A DNA stretch of 64,000 nucleotides from NCBI GenBank assembly GCA_965218095.1, contig OZ244587.1, positions 3,104,001 to 3,168,000 of the forward strand, written 5' to 3'. The DNA is from Candidatus Poribacteria bacterium. GTDB lineage: Bacteria; Poribacteria; WGA-4E; PCPOR2b. Made by a program: the position numbers and the translations under genes. Under the pieces are notes generated by a model that was not told the DNA's origin, searched no databases, and saw only the letters and a program-made list of their open reading frames with translations. Below, piece after piece: positions 39,162-50,632 of the stretch; position 1 is the stretch's first letter, and each line of letters opens with the position of its first letter.

Positions 39162-39869
39162 ATGAATTTAACAAGGAAGGGAATGGAAATGCAAATCAAT
39201 TTTGAGAAAATCATTGATCTCTCCTACACCGTCGATGAAAACAGCCCCCGTGAACTTCCGATTGATCCGGTCAGAATCTACGATACGGCAACGATCGAGA
39301 AGGATGGCTACTTTGAAAGCCGAGTGGATTTATCCGGGCATTGTGCGACCCATATTGATGTGCCTTGCTTGATGTACGCCGATGGATTCACCGTTGCTGA
39401 AATTTCGCAGAACAAGTTGACCGGGCATTCAGTATTGATGGACTTTTCCGAAATTAAGCAGCCGGAAGACGCCGTCACTGCGCAAGACATTGAAAAGTGG
39501 ATTGCTGAGAACGGCGATATTCCTGCGGAAAGTATCGTATTTATGCGGACGGGAATGGATCAGTACGCATACCAGGATATTTTCAATCGTCAATGGATTG
39601 GCTTCAGCGAAGATGCGGCGAAACTCCTCGTTGCGAAAGGAATCAAGGTGATTGGGACGGATGCATGCAGCATTGACTCAATGGCTGGGCACCCGCCGCG
39701 GCATGACGGGTTACCACCTGCCCACCTCGTCTTTCTCGGCGCAGGCGTTCCACAAGTCGAAGATCTGTGTAATCTGAGCCAGTTGCCCACACACTTCCAT
39801 GTCGTGATTGCGCCAATGAAATTAGCGCGGAGCTCTGGCGCACCGACGCGAGTCTTTGCCTTCGTATAA
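39162..39869 (+). CDS. cyclase family (kynurenine formamidase-like) metallohydrolase
   Basis: IIDLS, HCATHIDVP, GTD..SID, VEDL.NL, SGAPTRVFA. Confidence 0.88.
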   Translation: MNLTRKGMEMQINFEKIIDLSYTVDENSPRELPIDPVRIYDTATIEKDGYFESRVDLSGHCATHIDVPCLMYADGFTVAEISQNKLTGHSVLMDFSEIKQPEDAVTAQDIEKWIAENGDIPAESIVFMRTGMDQYAYQDIFNRQWIGFSEDAAKLLVAKGIKVIGTDACSIDSMAGHPPRHDGLPPAHLVFLGAGVPQVEDLCNLSQLPTHFHVVIAPMKLARSSGAPTRVFAFV

Positions 39870-39922
39870 ATCAGCGAATAGGCAGAAGTGGCTCGTAGAT
39901 TCTCAAATTCGCTGAATTTTAC

Positions 39923-39951
39923 TTGACACATCAGGATGTGTCTGCTACCAC
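39923..39951 (+). promoter_or_regulatory. sigma70-like promoter with overlapping palindromic operator
   Basis: TTGACA-17-TACCAC; perfect inverted repeat GACACATC-AG-GATGTGTC at 39925-39942. Confidence 0.5.
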
Positions 39952-39989
39952 TCTCTAAAATGTACGATGGAAAGGCAGGTGTCAAACCG

Positions 39990-40691
39990 ATGAAATCTAT
40001 TTTTGTGCTGTGGATAGTTTTCCTGCAGATCGCTGCTCTCACATACGGCGAAATGAGCTTCGCTGGAACGTGGCGTGACGATTTCGAGGATAGAATTACT
40101 CGGGAATGGAAAATATACAATTTCCATCGCGAAGTTGAAAACTGGTGGGTCAACAAGGGTGAAGCGGTGGGACAGATCTTTGATCCCGGGTTCATGAGCC
40201 TATGGCTAACGGGGAAATTCGAGTGGGAGAACTACTCGCTATCATGTCGAGCAAAATTAGTCAAAGAGAGAAACGATCCCCCGAGTATAGGGCTCACATT
40301 GCATGACAGAGGCGAAGAGGACACCCGTTACCTGTTCTTTATCGATTTCCTCTTTGGGACTGTATCGATCACTAAGGCAACACCAAACCGGTGGTTCCCT
40401 CGGGTTTTCCCTTTTGTTGCGGAGATAGATACATGGTATCAACTCAAGGCGATCGTCAACGAGGGCCAACTCGAATTTCAGGTCAATGATCAGATTTTTA
40501 CAGCAGAGGATCTAGACCCGCTTAAACCTGGGCAAGCTGGGCTGGTGGTTGCTAACGGACAAGCTCGCTTTGACGATGTAGCGATTAGGGGTCAAAGTAT
40601 TAGGAATGGTGGGCCCGGACGGCCGCGTGCTGTCAATACGAAGGGCAAACTTTCGACAAGGTGGGGCGAGATTAAGTCCGAACATCGTTAA
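39990..40691 (+). CDS. secreted concanavalin/LamG-like (DUF1080-type) protein with Poribacteria-type C-terminal motif
   Basis: Signal peptide, GTWRDDFED, WY.LK...G.L.F.VND, ARFDDVAI.G, terminal AVNTKGKLSTRWGEIK. Confidence 0.75.
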   Translation: MKSIFVLWIVFLQIAALTYGEMSFAGTWRDDFEDRITREWKIYNFHREVENWWVNKGEAVGQIFDPGFMSLWLTGKFEWENYSLSCRAKLVKERNDPPSIGLTLHDRGEEDTRYLFFIDFLFGTVSITKATPNRWFPRVFPFVAEIDTWYQLKAIVNEGQLEFQVNDQIFTAEDLDPLKPGQAGLVVANGQARFDDVAIRGQSIRNGGPGRPRAVNTKGKLSTRWGEIKSEHR

Positions 40692-40699
40692 AATGGTGG

Positions 40700-41140
40700 T
40701 GTAGGATACGCTGAGGGATACATTGAACGAAAATTTGGAAGAGGCAGTTCTCTGGAAAAGCACAGATATTAAGGGAACCGACCGAGTAGACCAAGTTCTG
40801 CGAGTAAAACCCTATCTGACGCGATGTAGCTGGCGATAAGCGGCGTTTTCTGAAGAACGTTTGCACGAATCAGGCCGAAAACCGCAATGCACAAATGATC
40901 AATGCGTATAAGGTCACCAAAACGATCTTGTGGCTTCGTTGAACTCACACGCTTCACCTCGGTATTATTGTTCATCAGGACTTTCCTATTTTTATCAATG
41001 AACCTTGTACTTTAAAAGGAAACCTGGCGTAATCACGTCACCATGAGCAGCCCACCTAAAATATTCCCCGGAGGCAAACTCGAAGACGCGGTTAAAATTC
41101 CTGGCCGCCCTGATGTTTGTTTCATTCCGATTCGCCATTC
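40700..41140 (-). pseudogene. glycosyltransferase family 2 remnant in several frames
   Basis: NI.AARNFNRVF..ASGEYF.WAAHGD; FGLIR.NVL.KT.LI.SY..SDRVLLAEL.L.GRF. Confidence 0.7.
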
Positions 41141-41178
41141 TTCTTTCGCCTCCCCGCCCACTTGCCACACGACCATTC

Positions 41179-44100
41179 TTATCCCCCAAACTTCGCAGAA
41201 ACAACCTTCGAGACGCCTGCCTGTTCCATCGTCACGCCATACATGACATCAGCGATTTCCATCGTTCGCTTATTGTGGGTGATAATGATAAACTGGGTCT
41301 GTTCGGCGTATTTTCGGATGAGGTTGGTGAAGCGGAGAACGTTCGCCTCATCGAGCGCGGCATCGACTTCATCGAGAACACAGAAGGGGCTCGGTTTAAT
41401 CTTGAACACGGCAAACAGCAGAGCAATGGCAACGAGCGATCGCTCGCCTCCGGAAAGTTGCGTGATGCTCTGCGGTCGCTTTCCCGGCGGGCGGGCGATG
41501 ATTTCGATTCCGGATTCTAATACATCGGAGGGGTCTGTCAGGCGCAATTCTGTCTCTCCGCCGCTAAATAGCTTATCAAACACCTCCTGGAAGTTGGCAC
41601 GAATCTGTTCAAATGCTTGGAGGAACGCCTCGCGTGAGGTCTGGTTAATCCTTTGAATGGCTTGATAGGTTGATTCGAGTGATTTCTGTAGATCTTCATG
41701 TTGTTCCACGAGGAAATCCTCGCGTTTTTTGTGCTCCTGGTACTCCTCAATTGCCATCAGGTTGACGGAACCTATCTCCTCGATCTGGGTTTTCAACGTG
41801 TCGATCTGATTCATCAACTCAAGGTCATCAACGGGATTATCCTCGACTTCGATCTGATCAATCGAGATCTGATACTTGTCAAGGATTCGCGCAGAGATCG
41901 CTTTCAGTTGCATCTGCAATTGCGTTGTCGTCACTTCCAGATGATGCCGCATGCGGTTATGTTTCTCAAACTCCCTTCTCGCTCTGCGTATCAACTTCTG
42001 AGCTTCGTCGATCTGTTGGATTAAGTCCTCACGTTCCTCATCTAACCGTCTGACGCTCTCCTCGGCTTCAAATTTCTGCTGCTCCATCTGGAGGAATTTG
42101 CGCTGGGCTTCGTCGATCTGATTTGAGAGATCTTGTCGCGTCTGGTCGTCAGAATCGATAACCTTCTGGTGCTCGGCGATGCTTTCGCGGATCTGTGCTT
42201 GATTTTTTTGAAGCGTCGAAAGTTCGGAATTCAGACTCTGTAATTTTTCGCGTTTCCCTGCCAAAGCAATCTCGAGTGCTTGACAGGATTCGGTGACTTC
42301 GTCGCGTTTATTCCTTTCGCTCTGAATCTGCTCTGACAACCGTTCGATGCGTCGTTGTAATGTACGGCGTGTCTTGATTCCCTCCGCCAATTCGGCTTGA
42401 AGTGTGTCATAATCCGCTTTCACCTTTTTCGTCTCCTGATGCAGATTTTCTCCTTCTTTCTCCACACTGTTCAATTGCCCTTCAAGCTGGGTGATTTGCC
42501 GCTGCCCCTGTTCCAGGTCTTTTGACAAACCCGTATACTCAATCTGATGCGCTTGCCCCTGCGTGATGAGGGTTTGGCGCGTTTGCTGGAGTTGCGCTAA
42601 CTTTCCAGCAAGTTCTCTGCTTCTGGCGTCCTTTTGGTTGAGCTTTCGCGTCAGTTGATTGATGCGTTTCTGCAGATCTTCCAGCTCTCTTGAGCGGCTG
42701 AGGAGTCCACTGGTTTGATGCCTGCTATGCCCACCTGTAACTGCCCCTGAAGTGTTGATTAATTCCCCATCCAGCGTGACGAGGCGTGCGTTGTGACGGA
42801 AGCGCCGCGTCAATTGTATCGCTGTCTCAAGCTCTTCAACAACAACCGTATTCCCAAGCAATTGCTGAACCGCAACCTCGTATTTTGGATCGTAGTCCAA
42901 AAGTTTCGATGCCAAACCGATCACGCTGGCTTGATCAAGCAGGTTGTCATCACGGAATGGGCGGGTCCGCAGAATATCCAGCGGTAAGAACGTCACTCGC
43001 CCGGCTTTCGTCCGCTTGAGAAACTCGATTCCGGCCTGGGCATCTTCAGCGGTTTCCGTGACGACGTTTTGGATCGCGCTGCCCAAGGCCACTTCGATTG
43101 CTAACTCGTAGTCCGGGTCTGTGCGGATAAGCTCGGCGATGACGCCACAAATCCCGCTGAATCGATCCGGCTCCATTTCCCGGACTTTCAGGATGGCGCG
43201 GACACCGGTGTAATACCCTTCATGAGCGGCTTGCAGTTCCTGTAACGACTTGAGACGTGACACGCTCATCCCTAGCGAATCCTGCATCCCACGCATTTCG
43301 GACTCCAACTTGCGAAGCTCCGCTTGACGGCGCTGGATTTCTTCTTCCGTTTTCCGCTGTTCTGTCTCAAGGCGAAGCAGGTCGGCATTAAGCTGTTGTT
43401 CACGTCTTTTCGCCTTTCGATAATCTGCTTTCGCCCCTTCCAGTTCAGCACCCAAGACTTTCGAGCGTTCTTTAATTTGATTCAGGTTGACAGCCGAATA
43501 CTCCAGCTTGTTGTCGAGCGACGCAAGCCGCGCTTCCAATTGTGAGATGTCGTTCGTGGTTTCGAGCAATTGTGACCGGCTTGTTTCCACAGATTGTTCG
43601 GCTTCAGCCACCCGTGTGGTGAGATCAGTCAAAACCCGTCGTCGCGCGCTCAGACGGCTTTCTTCCAGCTTGAGTGCGACATCAACCTGTCTGCGTTCCC
43701 GCTCGCGCGCCTTCTTTTGCGCTTCAAGTTCTGCACCCTGTTTGTCCAATGATTTAATCGCCTGAATTGCCCGTTGGCGCTGCTGCTGAATATTTAACTG
43801 TCGTTCCTTGCAAAGCGCGATCTGCCGTTCCGTTTTCTCGATTTCACCTGCGAATTGACCCACAACCGCTTGACCGTCGCGGATTAAGTTATCTAACTCC
43901 GATCGGCGCCCTGTTGCCTCTTCAATCTGCTGTTCAGTTGATTGGATTCCTTCGTTTGCTTCTGCCACCGCGAGCATCAGTTCATCTAAGCTGAGTTGCG
44001 TCTGGGTCAAATCCCTGGCAAACCGTTCGTGCTCCCGGCGATTGAGATCTAATTCGAGGTCTTTCAGTTGGTTGTGGAGTTGTTGATAGCGTTCAGCTTG

Positions 44101-44754
44101 TTCGGCTTGCCGCTTGAGCGATTGGGTTTCTCGCTGCAATTCGTAGATGACATCGTTGATCCGCACCAAGTTCTGCTCAGTTTCTTCCAATTTTTTGATC
44201 GCGGCTTTTTTGCGGTGCTTGTATTTGGTGATGCCTGCGACCTCGTCAAACAGGAAGCGGCGTTCCTCTGGACGGGTATTGAGGATGAGGTCAATCTTGC
44301 TTTGCTCCATCACGGAGTAGGCATCGACGCCGATCCCCGTATCCATAAAGAGCTCCGTAATATCTCGCAGCAAACAAGGCGTCTGGTTGATGAAGTATTC
44401 ACTTTCGCCGCTGCGTGTCAATTGACGTCGAACCTCAATCTCTGAAGATTCAAGCGCCAGTTTCCCTTCGGTGTTGGTGAAATGGAGGGAAGCCTGTGCC
44501 TTTTGTGCTGGCTTGAAATTGGATCCGCCGTTGAAAAGGAGGTCTTGCATATTGGCACAACGCAGCGCACGGGCGCTCTGTTGGCCCAAGACCCAGCGGA
44601 TGGCGTCGGACACATTGCTCTTGCCGCAACCGTTCGGGCCTACAATGGCGGTGACTTCCGGCTCCAGTATTAACTCCACATCTTCAGCGAAGCTCTTAAA
44701 ACCACTGATTTTGATTTGATTGAGATGCAACGGATTTCCTCCTTCAATGGACAA
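41179..44754 (-). CDS. smc: chromosome segregation protein SMC
   Basis: [14 protein letters not shown], coiled coils, hinge [22 protein letters not shown]. Confidence 0.97.
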   Translation of the reverse strand: MSIEGGNPLHLNQIKISGFKSFAEDVELILEPEVTAIVGPNGCGKSNVSDAIRWVLGQQSARALRCANMQDLLFNGGSNFKPAQKAQASLHFTNTEGKLALESSEIEVRRQLTRSGESEYFINQTPCLLRDITELFMDTGIGVDAYSVMEQSKIDLILNTRPEERRFLFDEVAGITKYKHRKKAAIKKLEETEQNLVRINDVIYELQRETQSLKRQAEQAERYQQLHNQLKDLELDLNRREHERFARDLTQTQLSLDELMLAVAEANEGIQSTEQQIEEATGRRSELDNLIRDGQAVVGQFAGEIEKTERQIALCKERQLNIQQQRQRAIQAIKSLDKQGAELEAQKKARERERRQVDVALKLEESRLSARRRVLTDLTTRVAEAEQSVETSRSQLLETTNDISQLEARLASLDNKLEYSAVNLNQIKERSKVLGAELEGAKADYRKAKRREQQLNADLLRLETEQRKTEEEIQRRQAELRKLESEMRGMQDSLGMSVSRLKSLQELQAAHEGYYTGVRAILKVREMEPDRFSGICGVIAELIRTDPDYELAIEVALGSAIQNVVTETAEDAQAGIEFLKRTKAGRVTFLPLDILRTRPFRDDNLLDQASVIGLASKLLDYDPKYEVAVQQLLGNTVVVEELETAIQLTRRFRHNARLVTLDGELINTSGAVTGGHSRHQTSGLLSRSRELEDLQKRINQLTRKLNQKDARSRELAGKLAQLQQTRQTLITQGQAHQIEYTGLSKDLEQGQRQITQLEGQLNSVEKEGENLHQETKKVKADYDTLQAELAEGIKTRRTLQRRIERLSEQIQSERNKRDEVTESCQALEIALAGKREKLQSLNSELSTLQKNQAQIRESIAEHQKVIDSDDQTRQDLSNQIDEAQRKFLQMEQQKFEAEESVRRLDEEREDLIQQIDEAQKLIRRARREFEKHNRMRHHLEVTTTQLQMQLKAISARILDKYQISIDQIEVEDNPVDDLELMNQIDTLKTQIEEIGSVNLMAIEEYQEHKKREDFLVEQHEDLQKSLESTYQAIQRINQTSREAFLQAFEQIRANFQEVFDKLFSGGETELRLTDPSDVLESGIEIIARPPGKRPQSITQLSGGERSLVAIALLFAVFKIKPSPFCVLDEVDAALDEANVLRFTNLIRKYAEQTQFIIITHNKRTMEIADVMYGVTMEQAGVSKVVSAKFGG

Positions 44755-45019
44755 TTCGCAAGTTACACTTCCATTAACGTCGATTAAGCGATGTCCGTTT
44801 CGATGTCTCGTTAGAAAAGTCCGTTGCAGTTATGATAAACTTAACATTAAATGCAGCGCATTTGTATTCAGGAACCGCACTATAAACAGACGGAAAGTTA
44901 TTCCTGCGTTTCTGCTTCTGATCTTGCCCGCATCCTGAAACCCAAATTCTATGGCGCTAACGTTGATTGCGTTCTGCGTATCATGCGTTCAATGTGTGCG
45001 TTGGCATTGGCGTACATTT

Positions 45020-45200
45020 TTAATCTTGCGAAAAATGCCAACCCCATCGTCATAAATGTGTGTCTCTATGTGAGCCACGCTGCAATTGATGATGATGCCT
45101 GCGTTTTCGCCCCCTGAATGAATCTTCCACGTTGTTCAGCATTTCCGTGACCCCATAATGACAGATGGCTATGATGTTCGGCGGCGCGATATGTTTCACG
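45020..45200 (-). pseudogene. HATPase-like (DUF4325-associated) fragment, frameshifted
   Basis: Reverse-strand NIIAICHYGVTEMLNNV, frameshift, HSGG...IYDDGVGIFRKIK (N and G1 boxes). Confidence 0.55.
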
Positions 45201-45214
45201 CACCCGTTCCAAGT

Positions 45215-46159
45215 TTAATACCCCTTCCGCTTATCGACCACGCTTAACAGCGGCTTACCTGCCAACAACCGTTCGAGGCTTTCACAGAATAGCTCAACCG
45301 TCCGGCCCAGCCGAATCGGGGACCCACCCGCCACATGCGGCGTAATGATAACCCTGGGCATATCCCAAAGTGGACTATCCAGCGGCAGCGGCTCCTCTGG
45401 CGTCACATCGAGTCCTGCCCCACCAATCAGCCCCTCGTTCAAAGCGCGGAGGAGACTTGGCCCATCGACAATCCTGCCGCGTGTCACGTTAATGAGCAGC
45501 GCATGGCGTTTCATCTGCTGGAATGCTTCGCCATTAAACATACCGCGTGTTTCCTGTGTCAAAGGAGCGCAGATCGACACGATGTCCGATTCAGCAAGAA
45601 GATCATAGAACCGATCCATTTTCCAAACTTCGTGGACAAACAGTGGCGCGTCCACATCCTCCGGATCGACAGCAATCACGCGCATCTCAAACCCCTGTGC
45701 GCGTTTGGCGACCTCAACGCCTGTGCCGCCAAGCCCGACGATTCCGAGCGTGCATCCTTCGAGTTCCCACGTTTCTCCGCGAATGGACATCCGGTTTTCC
45801 CATGTGCGTTCACGGACAGCGCGACCAATCCCGCGTAGTAAACCGAGAATCAATGCCCATGTCTGATCTGCTAGGTGCGGACCAACAAACCCTTTTGCGC
45901 TTGTCAGAATAATATCGCTTTCAACAAACTCAGAGAAAAGCACGCCATCAACGCCAGCCCCAAGCACCTGTACCCACTTGAGTTGTTTGGCATTGTCGAA
46001 AAGGGCTCGGTTGAATCCGCCGAAGATCGCGTCCGTGTCTACGACCTCTTTGAGCCGCTCTTCCTCGTTTTTCGGCTGAACGATTTGAATCTCGTCGGAA
46101 ACCAGTTGAATGCGTTGTACATGTTCCGGCCTAACTTCAGCGTTAATCATGACTTTCAT
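45215..46159 (-). CDS. D-2-hydroxyacid dehydrogenase
   Basis: GAGVD, GIVGLGGTG, INVTRG, GLDV.PEEPL, ITPHVAG. Confidence 0.93.
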   Translation of the reverse strand: MKVMINAEVRPEHVQRIQLVSDEIQIVQPKNEEERLKEVVDTDAIFGGFNRALFDNAKQLKWVQVLGAGVDGVLFSEFVESDIILTSAKGFVGPHLADQTWALILGLLRGIGRAVRERTWENRMSIRGETWELEGCTLGIVGLGGTGVEVAKRAQGFEMRVIAVDPEDVDAPLFVHEVWKMDRFYDLLAESDIVSICAPLTQETRGMFNGEAFQQMKRHALLINVTRGRIVDGPSLLRALNEGLIGGAGLDVTPEEPLPLDSPLWDMPRVIITPHVAGGSPIRLGRTVELFCESLERLLAGKPLLSVVDKRKGY

Positions 46160-46227
46160 CTGTCAATCTCCCGTGTGGTTTTGGAGTTGTCCTTACAGAT
46201 TTCAGACAATTTCAGGTTTAAAATATG

Positions 46228-46389
46228 AGCCGGTTGAAACTTTTCACGCTAGTAAATGGCGTAGGTTAATCATAGCAAAAGCAATACAATGGAAGCCGAA
46301 TGAAGCTACGTTTGGCTGTCGACAGATGGGGCAATACGTGAGATTCGAACTATTGTTGCTTTTGCATCTGTTAAAAGTTTCAACCGGCT
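46228..46389. mobile_element. MITE, 162 bp, 17-bp terminal inverted repeats
   Basis: AGCCGGTTGAAACTTTT / AAAAGTTTCAACCGGCT; a second right end lies at 58741-58761. Confidence 0.75.
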
Positions 46390-46759
46390 TTATATCATTT
46401 CGTTCGTGTCAATCGGAGATGTGTGAGAGTGGTTTGCGGGTGGCTTTTGGGGCAGGCGGCAACCGTTCCCAATCGTCGCCTGTCCGCGCTCGGCTAAGAC
46501 CTAGTTCAGTTTCTGACGAAGTTGGAGAATCTCCGAGTTGGTCAACAGTTCTACCCATTCCAACACCGCTTTTAGGTCTGGTTTTCTCACCATTGAGACT
46601 GCCCTCCCCTCTTTCTCAAGAGAACCTTGTTGGGTGGAGGGTGCGCATAATATAGCATCTGACCCAATTCTTGTCGATCTTGAAATGACGCGGATCGCGG
46701 CGAGATGCGTTTTTACACCTGACACCGCCGCAAAAATTCCGCCACTTCCTCCCGGCGAT

Positions 46760-46908
46760 ACAGCACCTTCCCCCGCCGCACCCCGTACCGGAATCCGATA
46801 CCGCTTCAACCGACCCTGGCGCGTCAGCCGGTGCAAGGTCCTCTCCAAAATCCGTGCATAGCCACACACCTCTTTTCGGGTCATTCATTGGTCGTGCCTG
46901 TTGTCCAT
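46760..46908 (-). pseudogene. excisionase-like HTH_17 DNA-binding remnant
   Basis: MDNRHDQ*MTRKEVCGYARI..RTLHRL..QGRLKRYRI; internal TGA. Confidence 0.55.
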
Positions 46909-47064
46909 GCCGTTTCCCTCCATTTGAATCCGTTGGTCGCCCCCCTGAGTCTGTCGTTCCGTTGACATCCCTGACGCTTGACAAAGACGGACGAAATGGT
47001 ATGCTAGGGTTATGACACCGTTGGGTCTTCCTCGGCAGGAATTCATCAACCCTAACGAGTCTTC

Positions 47065-50000
47065 TTAATCAAACCTCAGTTGCTCTGTGACCTTGCGAAG
47101 AACCTCGTTTATCTGTTCCAACACCTCATCCGATGGGGGTTCGCCTTCAGCGGTAATTGAGATCCGAAATTTGAAATCAAGCTCAGGCGCGATTTCAAAC
47201 AAATCACCAATCGTTCCAGTCAAATCCTGAATTTCGGTTTCTGTGAGGTTCGATTCAGCGTGGCCTATCCACGGTGGCTGCTTCACACGAACTTGGTAAA
47301 GGTCGTCGGTTAACGGATCTACCAAAGTGATTATTTCATGGTCAACCGCTTTTTGGACAGCGTTGCGAAACACATCATCAGGGATAGATATCCCTTTCTT
47401 GGATTCAAGCTTCTCTTTAATCAATCTGAGTGTAGGCTGTCCGGATCCTCCAAACGATTGTTTCATCACTTCTGTGAAATCGGTGGACTCTATCGCCACA
47501 GGGGTTTGTGAAACTTGTAAACCAATTTTATCGGCATCGTCAACGGTCCATGGTTGCATGGGGCTTCCCTTGGTGATTTCAAAGAGATTCTTAGACAAAC
47601 CATCGTTGATAGCATCAACAATCAACCCCCACGGAATCGGCATACCTTTACTAGCGGCTAATGCGCCCATCACCTTACCGACAGATGAAGTTTCCCCCTC
47701 CCACGCTTCAGGCAGGGTGTTCTGACTAAGTTCTGCACCGCTGATGGGTTGCAGTGGGGCGAGTAGCTCCAAATCATCGTTTAGCTCCGCGTCAGGAATG
47801 GCTTCCTTACAATAAGCTCTGTTTTGGCGGCGTGCCATCAGTAAACCCAACTGAATTGTAGATTTGACCGCATCAAACAGAATCTCGCCGGACGCGAGTT
47901 TGGGAACGTCATCCCCTCCGAAGAATTCCCGGATTGCACCCACTGTAATCGAAGCATTATTGCTCTGCCACAAGCCCGGTAATTGATCCGGACGCAATAA
48001 CTCAGGACTGAGATTGTGAAGTTCTGCGTACTCAATCGGAACAATTTCTAAATCTTTTTTCAAGAGATCTTCATCAGGCGGTGATTCACGCCAGTATGTA
48101 TACTGAGAACCATCTGGACGAACAGCGCGTAGAACAATCCGTCCTTCCCTAACGCCGCGCTGAAGCGTTTCAACAAACACTCCCCGTCCCAACAATCGGG
48201 GCAGCCGAGGAAGGTTGGCAAACATGCCATACAACCCTTGGACAGGCTTTGAGGTTTCATCTGCTCTCCACAGTCCAAGGTAGCTGTCTGGCGTTAATAG
48301 GTCCGGATCGAGCGAAGTTGTCAACAAACGTTCCTCTTTCACCAAAAAGGTCTTCACCCGTTCAAAAGGTGATTCTGGACTCCGGGTGATTCTGGACTCC
48401 GGTGGTAACGAACGTGCTTTAATTTCGCCTTCTTCGTCAGCCGCAATCAGAACGCTATATGTCAATGTCACGGAATCCGCAATCCCGGCCTCATCATCCC
48501 GCTTGCGCTGTATCAGCGCGGCTTGCTGAGTTGGGTTCAAAAGGTTTATCTCATCGCCGCTTTCGATACCCTGCCAACCGAGAATTTTATGAATTCGCGA
48601 GCGCAGCCCGGCCAATCGTACGTTATCAGGGGCAAGTATGATGACGTTGTTACGGTAGGTTCTATTGAAAAACGCTTTTAGGGACGTGGAAATGTCCTCA
48701 CCCGGCACTGCGGGATACTCTGGACCAACAATCACAAAGTGGAGTTCGGGATTATTAGGAATATCGGCGGGTGAATCGGGTAACGCGTGAACAACCACAT
48801 CATCGGTGTTCTGACCGAGTCTGGCATCTCTGATTCGCCTTACCAAATCGTCATTGATCCGGTCTTCCGTCAATCTACCCATTGCCCGAACGTGCATCCT
48901 GGTGAGATTGGGTGTTGTCCCCAGGTTCCAACTATTCTCGTCCTCTTTGAGAAACCAGGAGACCTCTCGCCACTTGGAAAGTCCGTCCTCCAGCGAAATT
49001 TTATCGATATCTGGATGTGCAAGTAAGGAGTAAAGATCTGTCAGGTCCGCTTTCTGCCCAAGCGGTTGTGAGTGCAGAAAGGTGGAAAGCACCGCCCCTT
49101 CAATTTCTCGGCATTTGAGTCGTGGATAATTTTTCTGAATGTCGCGGGCTCTTTCGAGTTCGCCACTGAGAATCGGGGTCCACTGATTCCCCTCTTCACA
49201 CGCTTCAATGAGTTCTCGAATCGCTTCTGAAAGTTCGCCATCGGTTCCAAGTAGCGCACTCGGCCCGACAAACGGAGACGGGTCTTTCCCGTCCGATGCT
49301 TTCAGGGCGGTTGCAAACATCCGAAGTACCCCGCGGGTCCGTTGGAATTCACTTAGTTGCGTCCATTTCTGATAGAAAACCTCGAGCAGGTCCGGGTGAA
49401 ATGGATAAGATTTTAAGAGTCGCTCGTATGCATTGGCATCCCTCTGTGAATCCCTAAGTGGTAGCTTTTGCATCGCTCCGATGAGACGGTCTACAACGGC
49501 ACAACGTGTGTCGTCATCCGCGACAGATTCAAACAACCGCCGCCTAAGCAATTCCGACACGTCTTCCCGCGAAACAGGTTCAACCGTTTCTTCCATACGA
49601 CGGAAGACACCCTCCATCGCGCCTAAGACCTCAACGCCGGTTGGATCGTTTGAGAGGATATCGGACGTAATGAGGCTGGCAACCATTGCTGCGCGCTCGA
49701 CCTTGCTAACCGCCTGCGTGAGCATTTGGAAAAAATCCCTAAGAATTCCCAATCGGCTCGGCTCATCATTGACCGCGCCGCACATATAGATGAGGGCTTC
49801 ATCAATCAAGATAAGAGTGGACAACCCCGCGGCTTGTGGTGCTTTCAAGAGTTCAACAAGGAGGGGTTCAGCAGGGGTGATATAATCGGCTTCATGCGCG
49901 GCGACCTTTGCGAGTCCTTCATCTCCCGCCAGTTGGTACGCCAACGCGCCCCACGGCGTTTTGACCTGTCGCGCCTTACCATCAGGAGCTACTACCGAAA

Positions 50001-50424
50001 GCCCTGCTTTCACGTCGAATTTGTCGAACGGTAGCAGGGCAACTCTCGCCTGTGTCAATGCGTCCAACCCACTGAATCTCATAAACTCCTGCACGGTTGA
50101 ATGCGCTTTCAGTTTATCGCCACCTTCAGCCAAATGTAACAGCGCAATCAAAGCGTGGGTTTTCCCTCCACCGTAAGCCACTTGTACCCGAATCACGGGC
50201 TTTCCACCATGCCTAGATAACCGCTGAAACACGTCTCGCACCAGTGTTTTCAGATTGTCGGTGGGATAGGTGCGGTCGAAGAACAGATCGGGCAATTGAT
50301 AAACGTTCCGTGCGTCACCTGTTCGCACCGCGTAGAGATCCGCCGCAAATTCTGCAAGTGTGAGCGTGCCTTGACGAACATCGTCTCTCAATACACAATT
50401 TTCATGCCATGCGATTTTGTCCAT
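47065..50424 (-). CDS. DUF499 family AAA+ ATPase
   Basis: W...C.LR.DV..G....EFAADL, YGGGKTH, LILIDE, YPFHP, FQRTRGVLR. Confidence 0.9.
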   Translation of the reverse strand: MDKIAWHENCVLRDDVRQGTLTLAEFAADLYAVRTGDARNVYQLPDLFFDRTYPTDNLKTLVRDVFQRLSRHGGKPVIRVQVAYGGGKTHALIALLHLAEGGDKLKAHSTVQEFMRFSGLDALTQARVALLPFDKFDVKAGLSVVAPDGKARQVKTPWGALAYQLAGDEGLAKVAAHEADYITPAEPLLVELLKAPQAAGLSTLILIDEALIYMCGAVNDEPSRLGILRDFFQMLTQAVSKVERAAMVASLITSDILSNDPTGVEVLGAMEGVFRRMEETVEPVSREDVSELLRRRLFESVADDDTRCAVVDRLIGAMQKLPLRDSQRDANAYERLLKSYPFHPDLLEVFYQKWTQLSEFQRTRGVLRMFATALKASDGKDPSPFVGPSALLGTDGELSEAIRELIEACEEGNQWTPILSGELERARDIQKNYPRLKCREIEGAVLSTFLHSQPLGQKADLTDLYSLLAHPDIDKISLEDGLSKWREVSWFLKEDENSWNLGTTPNLTRMHVRAMGRLTEDRINDDLVRRIRDARLGQNTDDVVVHALPDSPADIPNNPELHFVIVGPEYPAVPGEDISTSLKAFFNRTYRNNVIILAPDNVRLAGLRSRIHKILGWQGIESGDEINLLNPTQQAALIQRKRDDEAGIADSVTLTYSVLIAADEEGEIKARSLPPESRITRSPESPFERVKTFLVKEERLLTTSLDPDLLTPDSYLGLWRADETSKPVQGLYGMFANLPRLPRLLGRGVFVETLQRGVREGRIVLRAVRPDGSQYTYWRESPPDEDLLKKDLEIVPIEYAELHNLSPELLRPDQLPGLWQSNNASITVGAIREFFGGDDVPKLASGEILFDAVKSTIQLGLLMARRQNRAYCKEAIPDAELNDDLELLAPLQPISGAELSQNTLPEAWEGETSSVGKVMGALAASKGMPIPWGLIVDAINDGLSKNLFEITKGSPMQPWTVDDADKIGLQVSQTPVAIESTDFTEVMKQSFGGSGQPTLRLIKEKLESKKGISIPDDVFRNAVQKAVDHEIITLVDPLTDDLYQVRVKQPPWIGHAESNLTETEIQDLTGTIGDLFEIAPELDFKFRISITAEGEPPSDEVLEQINEVLRKVTEQLRFD

Positions 50425-50632
50425 GTGCTACCTCCTCTTCCAAATCTTTAAGTATCTGTGGGATGATAGGATTGGAAAGAATGTAGGGGTAGGTCTTGTA
50501 CCTACCCTTCCAACTGTCCGCGTGGAAATCACCCCGTGCGTTTGAACCCAAGATTCCTTTAACCTCGGCTCTGTATTCCGGGCGAATTTCATCTTTCGTT
50601 TCTACTATTGTTTTTTGAATCTCTGTAATCAT
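50402..50632 (-). pseudogene. minimal nucleotidyltransferase remnant, possibly fused to a DUF86/HEPN tail
   Basis: YRAEVKGILGSNARGDFHADS (GS.ARG motif, DxD lost) followed by IIPQILKDLEE. Confidence 0.55.
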
